A DNA stretch of 64,000 bases from Naegleria gruberi (taxonomy: Eukaryota): NCBI GenBank assembly GCA_000004985.1, contig GG738887.1; one strand, 5' to 3'. Made by a program: the position numbers and the translations under genes. The stretch's first letter is position 1; each line of letters starts with the position of its first letter. This document shows positions 32,116 to 42,566 of the stretch, piece after piece. Under the pieces are notes generated by a model, which saw only the letters and a list, made by a program, of their open reading frames with translations, ran no database searches and had not been told where the DNA came from.

Positions 32116-32726
32116 CAAAAGAGTTTAGTTTGGGTGAGTTAGTTTGTGTGTAAACCGACGAGAGAACAAAGCTTTAAGCTTTTTTGTTTTTTTTAGAATG
32201 GACAAGAAAAATTGCTTGATTTTGGTTATTTTCCAGTATTATCAAGTGGAACCAAGATGGAACACATGAAGAAGAGCATTTCATTGTTTCAATATGAATG
32301 ATAAAAATAATAATATTTTGTGGTGGGAATGAAGAATGAACAATTCACTAGGAGGGAGAAAACAAATTAGTGAAGAGTTGTAAAATTTGTTAATCTCAAT
32401 TCCGACTACTTTGTTGCATAGTGTTTGTGAACAAAATATTAAGGCGTTTAAAATATAAATAAAAAATGCTGTATTAATGTTTTCGTGATTGAAAACACTT
32501 CAATGAGGTATAGAAAAATAATCTCGGAATGTACAGCATGATAATCATACAGGTAATCATTAACCTTATTTAATAACAAAAAATATATTGTTTGATTGTG
32601 GATGGCCATTACATTAATAAATCAAGATCTTGTTGATTTCAGCTTCAGTTTGACCTTCATCTCGTGTCCAATATCAATCATCAATCACCAAATATTTTTC
32701 TAAACATCAAAAAAAAAACATTAGGA

Positions 32727-35700
32727 ATGTGTAAGTAATTAACAACCCTAACATCAGTCATTAATCACCCAATAATCAAATAATCCATCCTGTTGATTAG
32801 CAAGTGATATTAAAGGAACATTGACCAAGATTAAAGGTGGTAGTGTTCAAAATCGTTTGGCAGCCATTGGTGCTTTATTTTCTTTAGCATCAGATGATGA
32901 TATTAGAGAGGAAATTAGAAATATGGGAGGAATTGGTACTCTTGTTGGATGTTTAGAGGATAATTCTGATCCACGTATTCCTAGACAAGCCTGTGGTGCT
33001 CTCTTGTAAGTTTTTTATTACCAACTAATTTACTTACATAATAATTATTTAATATTATAATTATAATAATTATTAATTGAATGATGATTGTTTATTTATA
33101 TTATATCTATCTAGAAACATGGCAAATGATGATCAATGTAGAGAGGAAATTCGTGATTATGGTGGTGTTGAATTGATGCTCAAGCTTATTGAAAATCAAT
33201 TCAAAGATGCAACCAGTGTTGAATATGCTACAGGTGCCTTGCTAAATTTGAGCTCTGACGATGACACTAGAGAAATGGTTAGAGAAGCTGATGGTGCTCG
33301 TATTTTGGCTCGTTGCTTGTCTGATGCTCCAAGTGAAGAATCTAGAAGAAACTCTGTTGGTGCCATTGCTCAATTGTGCTTTGATCAAGAATTTACTAAA
33401 CAATTGGTTTCTGGAGATGCTTTGAAACACATTGTTGAATGTTTAAACTCAAGTGATGAAGAAACCAGAAACAGGACCTCAGGTTGTATCTGGAATTTGA
33501 GTGTTACTGCTGATGAAACTAGAGAAGCTTTGGCTCGTGAAGGTTGTTTGGAAAGTTTGGTCAATTTATTGCAAAAAAGTGAGGATGTTAATGAAGATCC
33601 TGAAACTGTTGGTAATTGTGTAATGTAAGTTTTATATAATTATATAGAAATATTCTAATTTTAACATTTTACAATAATTACTATTGCACTACATTATATT
33701 GTCAAATGTATGATGTTTAAACAGGTGTCTTTCAATTTTAAGTTCAAATGACATGGTTGCTGAAACTTTACGTGAAATGGACGGATGTTTCGAAATGATT
33801 ATTAAATTATTGAGTAATTCTGATTCTACTATTGCTCAAAATGCTGCGGCTGCCGTTTGGAATTTGGCTCACAATGATGATAACAAGAAGGTTTTGGCCA
33901 ATTTGGACACAATGGCATCTTTGATTCCACTTTTGGATTCTTTCAACTCTGCTTCCGATTGGGAAGCTTTGGAAAAAGTTTTGGGTGCTGTTTTAACTAG
34001 CAGTACCAATGACAATATGGCTGATCAATTCCGTGAAAATTCTGGATTTGGTCCACTCAAGACAATCATTGAAGGCAAGGTTGATCCAACCACTATTCAA
34101 AATGACCAACATAAGAAGTGTGTATTATATGGTATTATTGGATTTGCCGTTTTGGCTTACAATGATAAGAATAAGGATGAGATTCGTGAATGTGGAGCTA
34201 TTGCTGACTTGATTGAATTACTTTCTTTGGAGTATGATGACGATTTACTTGAAAAGGTTACTGCAGCCATTTTGAACTTGACTCACAATATTGAAAATAG
34301 AACAGCCATTCGTAAGCTTGACGGTATTTCAGTTCTTATTGAGCTTCTCTACCATCACAATGAAACCATCTCAATGAACTCTGCTGGTTGTTTGTGGAAT
34401 TTGAGTAACGACGAGGCTTGTAAAGCAGTTATTCGATCTTTGGGTGGTTTAAAGCCATTGTTAGCTTTGATTGGAGGTGGCAAGGTTGAACCACGTTCAA
34501 AGAAGGACAGAAAGATTTCAAAGGAAGCTATTGAAGCTGCCAATCGTCTTGTTGAAGGTGAAGAAGAAGAATCTGAACCAGTTCCAGAAGAAAAATTCGA
34601 TGTTATGGAATTTGTTGAAGACATCTTCAATCCAAAGAAGGACTTTGAAAAGTTGGACGATGAGGATGGATCTTCTGATAAGAAGAAACCTCAAGTCAAC
34701 AGAAATGGTGAACAAAGAACCACTACTGGTGCTGGTGTTGAATATGGTGAAGAAACTGGCATGACTCCTGCCAAGATCATTGTTGGTGCTGCTCGTATCG
34801 ATATTAAGAACAGAAGAAAGGTTGCAGAGGCCGAACGTGAAAAGAAGGAGGCAGAAGAAAGAGAAGCCAGAAGAAAGGAACGTGAAGAAAGAGAACGTGA
34901 AAGAAAACGTAAGGAAGAAGAAGAAAAGAAGAGAAAGGAAGAGGAGGAAAAGAAGAGACAAAAGGAAGAGGAGGAGAGAAAGAAGAAACTTGAAGCCGAA
35001 ATGAAAAAGAAGGCTGAAGAGGAAGCTGAAAAGGAAAGACTCCGTTTGCTTGCTGAAGCTGAACAAACAAAGAATCAACTTAAGGAAGCTTTCAATGCCA
35101 AACACAAGAGAAAGGGTGTTAAGGATGAAGACATTGATTGGGATGAAATCTATGAAGATGGATTCACTCCTTCTGCTACTAAGGATGAAGCCAAGGACAA
35201 GTTGGAAGGTCAAATTGATGAATATTCCAATCTCATTGACCCATTCAATAATAATGGTGTTTATGATCAACTCACTCCTGATGATATCAAATTCATTGAA
35301 AGTGAAATTGAAAGAGCTAAACGTTTCCTCGCTGAAAATCCAAATGCTACCAAGGAACAAATTGATGATGCCAGAAGAGAACTTGATGCCAATGTCAAAC
35401 CAATCATTGAAAGAGCTAAGGCCAGAAAGGTTCTTGGCGACATGACCACCAGCATCAGAGATCGTCTCTTGAATGACTCTGAATTGTTGAACAATTTGAC
35501 TCCTGAAGAAAGAAAGGAATTAGAACAAGCTGTTGCTGAAATGGAACAATGGTTACGTGACCATCCAGATGCTACCAAGGAAGAAATTGAAGAAAAGGAA
35601 CGTGAATTGCTTGCCAAGATTAAGCCAATTTTGGCTCGTGCTGCTACCAGAAATGATTTGGAAAATTATGCTCATGATTTGAGAAAGAAGGCAGCCAATG

Positions 35701-38700
35701 AAGATGATGACATTGATTTTGACTTGTTGGGTGATGAAGATAAGGGTACTTTCCATGATGCTATCAAGGAAATTGAAGATTTCTTACTTGAACATCCAAA
35801 TGCCTCTGCTCAAGATATTGAGGACAAGAAGGATGAAGTCAAGAGGCGCATTGATCCAATCATTAAGAAGGCCAAGGCCAAGAAGGATCTCTTACAATAT
35901 GCTGCTGACATGAGAGATAGATTGAACAATGATCATGATTTGAAGAAGAGACTCACTCCAGAAGAAAAGAGATCTATTGAAACTGCTTTGGATGACTTTG
36001 ACAAGTGGATTAAAAACCATCCAAATGCTGATGCTGAAAGCTTGAACAAGCAAAAACAAAGACTCAAACAAAAGTTGGATCCAATCGTTTCCAGAGCTGA
36101 TGCTCACAACAACTTGGACGAATACATCAACAGAACAAGAAAGAGAATTGATGATAATGATGATTTGGGTGAATTGTTGGATGATGCTGACAAGAGAACT
36201 CTTCAAAAGGAATTGAAGGATGCTGAAGAATTCTTGAAGAAGGTCGAAAAGGAACCAGTCAAATTCACTGCTGAAGAAATCGACAACAAGAAGAAGGAAA
36301 TCAAGGAAAAGCTTGCCCCTCTTATTGAAAAGGCTGAAAAGAGAAGAGAACTCAAGGACTATGCCAGCCAAATTCGTGACATTGCAAGCAATGATAATGA
36401 ACTTGCTGAATTTATCACACCAAAGGAAAGAAAGTTGCTCGAAAATGAGGCTAAGGAACTTTCTGACTGGGTAAAAAACAATAAGAAGGCCACTCCTCAA
36501 CAAGTTGAAGAGAGAAGAAAGAAGGCTGAAGAAAAGGTTCAACCAATCTTGGATAATGCCAATCAAAGAAAGGCTCTCAAGGAAACTGTTCAAAGATTGA
36601 GAGATCGTTTGAATGATGACAAGTATGTCGAAAAGTTGAAACCAGAAGAAAAGAAGGCTCTCAAGGATGCTGCTGATGAATTGGCCAACTTTTTGGCTAA
36701 GAATCCAGAAGCTTCTGCCAAGGAAATTGAACAACAAAGAGAAAAGACCAATGAAAAGGTTCTTCCAATCTTGGACAGAGTTAGAGAACAAATCTCACTC
36801 GAAAATCATGTTAACAATGTTAGAGATAAGGTTAGAGATGATCCAGCATTGAACAAATTCTTATCTGATAAGGAGAAGAAGGCCATTGAAAAGGCTGCTC
36901 AAGATGTTGAAAAAGTCCTTGCTAGTAAACCATCCATTAAGGATACCAAGAAGGCAAGAGAAGATTTCAATGATGCTGTCAAGCCTCTCCTTGAAAATGC
37001 TGCTGCTAGATCTAAACTTGCAATCTATGGTGATAAGGTTTTGGATGATGTCTTGTCTGATCCACATACAAGTGATAAGGATAAGGAAGCTGTCAAGAAG
37101 GCAAAGAAGGAATTGATTGATGACTTTTTGGCTAAGAATCCAGATGCCACTAAGGAACAACTTGATCAACAAAGAAAGAAGTTCGATGAAGCTGTTGCTC
37201 CAATCACTGATCGTATTAATAAGAAGAAGGAATTGGAAAGAAAGATCAATGATATCAAGAGAAAGTTGGATGATCCAGATTCTGCAATCTGTTCAAAGGC
37301 AACCCCAGAAGAAAGACAATATTTGGCCTCAAAGGTTGATGAATTGTCTAAATTCTTGAAGGAAAATCCAAATGCCTCTGCTAAACAATTGGAAGAAAAG
37401 ATTAACGAATTCAACTCTCAAGTCGAACCAATTGCCAAGACATGCGAAAAGAGAGACCAATTAGAAAAGCAAGCAAACACTATCAGAGACAGATTAGTTG
37501 ATCCAAATGACGATCTCAACAAGTATATGAGTGAATCTGAGAAGACTCAACTCAGAGACGCTACCAATGAAGCTCTTCGTTTCTTGGAAAAGAATCCATC
37601 TTGCTCATCCTCAGAAGTTGCTCAAGCCAAGAAGAAATTGGACGATAAGACCAAGGAATTGGTTGAAAAGGCCAAGGCTAAGGGTGGTTTGTATAAGAGA
37701 GCTGGTGGACTTCTTTCTGATGTTAACAATTATGGTGAAGGCGGTCTTGGAGGTAAATTGAACAGTGTTGAAAAGAGCGAAATTGCTGATAAATGCAATG
37801 ATATCATCAATCACTTGAACAAGAATCCAAACCTCTCAACCAAGCAAATCAAGGAAAAGGAGAAGGAACTCAACAAGGTTGTTGCTCCAATTCTTGATAA
37901 GATCAGAGAAAGAGACAATCTCCGTGAAATTATTAATGGTATTCGTGATCAAATCTTCAATATTGATGATAAACTTGAAGATGACAAGTCAGATGCTTCC
38001 TCTGATTCTGACAGTGATCGTGAAGATTTGGAAGATTTATTGGATGGACCAATCAAGAAGTCTAAGGCTCAAAGAGATGAAAAGGGTAAGACCGACAAGT
38101 TGGGTAACTTCTTGTCCAACGAGGAAAAGAAGAAGATTGACGAAACTACCAAACAAGCATTGCAAGCTATTGATTCTGATCCAAATCTTTCAGTCTCTGA
38201 CTTGAAGGAACAAGCAAGAAACCTCAAGCAAGACACTGAAAATATCTTGAAGGCTGCCAAGACCAGATCTGATCTCAACGACTATTTGAATAACATTCGT
38301 GAACAAGTCAAGGATGAAGATGGTATGATTGCTAATCACTTGAGTGAAAAGGATAAGAAGTTGATTGATGAAACTATTAATGAAGCACTCAACTGGTTGA
38401 ATAAGGAAGGTGCTAATGCTACACCAGAAGCCGTTGAAAAGAAGAAGAAACAAGTTATGGACAAGATTGATCCAGTCATTCGTAATGCCAAGCAAAGAGG
38501 TGAATTGGAATCAATTGCTAACAAGGTTAAGCAACGTTTAGAAGATGATGTTGATTTGACATCAGCTCTCAGTGAAAAGGACAAGAAGGCATTACATGAT
38601 GAAGTTCAAGAAATTCTTGATTTCTTGAAGAAGAATCCTAATGCTACTCCTGAACAAATTCAACAAAAGAAGAAGCAATTCGAGGAAAGAGTTCTTCCAA

Positions 38701-40871
38701 TTCTTGAAAAGGCTGAAGCCAGAAACAAGTTGAAGGATTTGACCAATGAACTCCGTACCAGACTCTATGATGAAGATGATCTTGGAAACAAGCTCAGTGA
38801 AGCTGATAAGAAGAAGGTTGAAAAGTTGATTGATGAAGCTGTTGACTTTTTGGAAACTAATCCAGATGCTTCAAAGGAAAAGATTGATCAAAAGAGACAT
38901 GCTTTGGAATCCAATGTCATGCCAATTATCAAGAAGGCTGAAAAGGCCAAGAAGGCTGCTGACTATGCATCTGCAATTAGAGACAATTTGGAAAATGATT
39001 CTCTCCTTAAGGATGCTCTCACTCAAGAAGAAAAGAAATTGATTGATACTCACACCAAGGATTTGCTTGACTGGATTGAAAAGAATGCAGCCACTGCTAC
39101 TTCTAATGAAATTAGTGATAAGGAAAGACAATGTAAGGAAAAGGTTGATCCAATCCTCAATAAGGCCAAGGCAAGAAATGCTCTCAAGGAAGATATTGAA
39201 AAGTTGTATGAAAAGTTGAATGATGAAAACAAGCACAAGTTCTCTGAAAAGGAAAAGAAGGCCATTCTCGATGAAATCAATAAGGCCAATGACTACCTTG
39301 ATACAGTTGCCAAGAATCCAAATACCACTTCTGATGATATTGAAAAGAAGAGAAACGAATTGAAGATTGCCACTCAACCATTGGTTCAAAAGGCCAAACA
39401 AAGAAAGGAATTGCAAGAATATGCTGCAGGTGTTCGTGATAAACTCCAAAATGATAGCAAGCTCACCTCTCGTATGACTCCAGAAGAAAAGAAGACCCTT
39501 GATAATGCTGCTAAGGAAGCTCTTGACTGGGTCAACAAACATGGTGATGATGCCTCATTGAATGATTTGAAGGAAAAGTTGCGTCAAACTAAAGCTAAGG
39601 TTGAAGCTACTATGCAACGTGCTGAGAAACATCAAAAGTTGGAAGATATGGCCAACAAGATCAAGGATAAGGTTGAAGGTGATTTGAAGGACTGCATGTC
39701 TTCAGAAGAAAAGAAGACTGTTCTCCAAGAAGTTCAAAAGACTCTCGATTGGTTGAACAAGAATAAGACTGCTCCAATTGGTGAAGTTGAAGCTCAACAA
39801 AGAGCTCTCGAAAATAAGATTGCTCCAATTATGGAAAAGGCTCAAACCAAGAAGGATTTGGCTGACTTTGCTAATACTGTTAGAGACAGATTGAAGAATG
39901 ATAAGGAACTTGCCAGTCTCTTGTCAGCTGAAGAAAAGAAGGCCATCAATGATGCTGTCCAAGAAACTCTTGATTGGTTGAACAAGAATCCAAATGCTTC
40001 TCTTGCTGAGTTGAAGGATAGAAAGAAGAAATTGGAAGATGTTGTTAACAATGTTCTTGGTGATAAGGAAGCTGCTGAAAACTTTAGAAATTATGCTGAA
40101 AAGGTTTTGGAAGTCTTGAAGAAGAATAAGCAAGTTCAAAAGGACTTGACTGATGAAGAAAAGCGTGCCATTCAAGACTTTGCTGAAGAAGCCAGAGATT
40201 GGTTATTAGAAAATCCAAATGCCACTGCCAGACAAATCAGAATGGAAAAGAAGAGATTGGAAGAAAAGTTGGGCAAGATTAAGAAATTCAAATTTGAAAT
40301 TCCTGCCACTCACTACATTGGTAACTTCTCAGAACGTACCAGATGGGGTGATGACAGTAAGCGTACCAAAGATATCAACTCATTATTGGGTTCATACATT
40401 AAGAAGGGTGACAAGGTTGCTACTACTCCTGTCAAGCCAACAGCCACCTCTACTCCAACAAAGACTCCACAAAGAAATTTGAAACCAGTTGCCACTCCAA
40501 AGAAGCTCACCAAGGAAGAAGAAGAAGAAATGAAATTGTTCGATACCATGAAGTTCAATAAGGGTGGTTTGATTCAAGCTAAATTACAAAGTCTCATGGG
40601 AAGTGTTGGCTCTGCAAGTGCTGTCAGCGGTTCAGTTGTTGAAGAAGAAGAAGAACCAGCTGTTGTTTATCCATACTCTGAATTGAAGAATAACAAGCAA
40701 AAGAAGTATCCATCAGGTATTGACATTAACAAGAGAGAACAATACTTGAGCAATGATGAATTCCAACAAATTTTCAAGATGTCTCGTGATGAATTCAAAA
40801 ACTTGCCAGAATTCAGACAAACCAAATTGAAGAGAGATGCTGAATTATTTGCCTATGCTTATGAACTTTAA
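32727..40871 (+). CDS. giant (~2,600 aa) multidomain protein: armadillo repeats, then an E/K/R-rich single-alpha-helix segment, then ~22 tandem Hsp70-lid-like helical repeats, then a C-terminal villin headpiece (VHP) domain
   Basis: exons 32727..32730 (ATG+T), 32801..33005, 33115..33624, 33725..40871 (introns 70, 109 and 100 nt, all GTAAGT...AG with continuous frames); ARM units (GALLNLSSDDD..., AVWNLAHNDDN...); charged block 34795..35060; repeats 35190..40290; C-terminus 'YLSNDEFQQIFKMSRDEFKNLPEFRQTKLKRDAELF' is a VHP. Confidence 0.7.
35190..40290 (+). repeat. in-frame tandem array of ~22 diverged ~72-75-aa coding repeats (Hsp70 SBD-alpha lid-like unit)
   Basis: each unit follows ...[R/K]xxLxxYAxxxRxxLxxDxxLxxxLxxEEKKxIxxAxxExxxWLxxNPNA[ST]xxExxxKxKELxxxxxPIxxKA...; it aligns column by column with human HSPA8 '[72 protein letters not shown]'. 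Confidence 0.7.
40731..40868 (+). other. villin-headpiece (VHP) F-actin-binding domain at the C-terminus of the giant protein
   Basis: 'LSNDEFQQIFKMSRDEFKNLPEFRQTKLKRDAELF' versus the villin HP '[35 protein letters not shown]'. Confidence 0.75.
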
Positions 40872-41028
40872 ATAAATTAATTGTGTTCAATTAATTCCCT
40901 TGAACAATCTTATAACAATTTTTCACACGTGTGAATAATATCAATTTTCCATAATTATAAACAAAATTTCAACTTCAACAAACAATTAATTTTCTAATTG
41001 ATTGAAATTTTTAAATTCCTCAAAAAAA

Positions 41029-42522
41029 ATGCAAAACTCTAAAATTTTAAATTCCTCTTCATCGTTAGGGAGAAAATTGTTCATCAAAAAGTTTCAACCT
41101 TTCGGAACAACTTGTTCGTATAATAATAGTAACAAATCAACATCCCTTCTTCAACAACAATATCAACAAGAACAAACATTAAATTTTTCATCATCGAAAT
41201 GTACTCTCCGAAAGAAGAATTTCAGCGAGAAGAATATAACCACTATTATTAAAGTTAAATATGATCCTAGAAAGGATGCTACTCCACGTAAACATATTAT
41301 TGAAGGAAAATTCCATCAAGACCACGCAGAAAAGACACAAGAATCTATTCAACAATTTAATCAAGTACTTTCTCAAGTAGATGTTGATAGAATTACAAAG
41401 GAATATTTAACTCAATTAAAAGAAAGAGAGGAATTTATAAAGAATTATCGAGAGAAAATTGTTAAAAAGCTTTCCGAAGAGGAAAATCTCTTCTTTTCAA
41501 ACATGATGGATATGGAATACATGAAGAAGGCTAAAACATTTTTGAAGGATTTGGGTATTGAAGAAATTCCTATTGAACAGTTTGTTAAAGCAATGACTCA
41601 TATTAGTTTTGTTCCTCCTTCTGCTGATACAATGCAAAATCCGAGTGTTCTTGGACAATGTAATGATGAATATCAACCTATGGGAGGTCAATTATTTACA
41701 ACATTGTGTAACAAGTTTATGTACATGTTTTTGAGATATAGAGAATTTAAGAATAATAGTTCTGAAAAGAATTTGAGATGGTTTTTAGAAGATGCTCTCA
41801 ATATTGAAAAGAGAGGATCTGAATTTGAAATTCAATTTAATTATTTTAATAGATTGAGAAATGATGTGTTGCACCATGTTTCTAAGGAGATTGGTCTCAC
41901 AGATTTTGTTTTGTTTGATACCAATCGATTGACAATTGAAGCACCTCCTTTGAGTAATATTGAAGTGGACGAACCTTTGGATCCAGAAGCTAAGCAATAT
42001 ATTAAACCTAAGGAAGCTGTTCCAGTAGGATATCAATTGGAAGTTATGTCTAATGCAAGTGCTGTTAGATCTTTACTCTATCTCATTGAACATCACTATA
42101 ATTTTGATAAGGTTTCAACAGTGTTTGAACAATTCATGATACCCAAACTTGCAGAATACATACAGAAGGAAACAACAGTTCTCAGAGAAGATGTTCACTA
42201 TCCTCAATTATTGCAAACTTATTTGGATAAGCATACTGAAATGAAGGACAAATTCTACCTCGAATATAGATTCATCACCCAATTTATTGATGAAGATAAC
42301 AAGAAGAGAGTGCAAGTAGGTCTATTTGTAAATGATCAACAGTGGGGAAGTGAATTGGCTCCAAACTTTACAGAGGCTAAATTTATTTTGGCAAAGAAGT
42401 ATTATGATTTGTTCACAACCAATCCAGTAATGTTGAGAAAACTGGTGGAACAACTTGCCAATGTCAACTATATCTATTCTCTTGAAAAATTGACAGGAGC
42501 AAGAGATCAAAAAAAGAAATAA
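41029..42522 (+). CDS. unknown protein, possibly mitochondrial (basic Ser-rich N-terminal presequence-like region)
   Basis: single long ORF; true ATG at 41029 (MQNSKILNSSSSLGRKLFIKK...); no secure domain. Confidence 0.4.
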   Translation: MQNSKILNSSSSLGRKLFIKKFQPFGTTCSYNNSNKSTSLLQQQYQQEQTLNFSSSKCTLRKKNFSEKNITTIIKVKYDPRKDATPRKHIIEGKFHQDHAEKTQESIQQFNQVLSQVDVDRITKEYLTQLKEREEFIKNYREKIVKKLSEEENLFFSNMMDMEYMKKAKTFLKDLGIEEIPIEQFVKAMTHISFVPPSADTMQNPSVLGQCNDEYQPMGGQLFTTLCNKFMYMFLRYREFKNNSSEKNLRWFLEDALNIEKRGSEFEIQFNYFNRLRNDVLHHVSKEIGLTDFVLFDTNRLTIEAPPLSNIEVDEPLDPEAKQYIKPKEAVPVGYQLEVMSNASAVRSLLYLIEHHYNFDKVSTVFEQFMIPKLAEYIQKETTVLREDVHYPQLLQTYLDKHTEMKDKFYLEYRFITQFIDEDNKKRVQVGLFVNDQQWGSELAPNFTEAKFILAKKYYDLFTTNPVMLRKLVEQLANVNYIYSLEKLTGARDQKKK

Positions 42523-42566
42523 ATTATTTCATAAATAGGTGCTTAGTGGTTTTAAATCGTATACTG

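Noticed and set aside
34518-40577. Many long minus-strand ORFs antisense to the giant repeat gene
   Set aside because: They are an antisense artefact of AAG/GAA-rich coding sequence, which is stop-poor on the opposite strand. The translations are L/F/S-rich with no domains.
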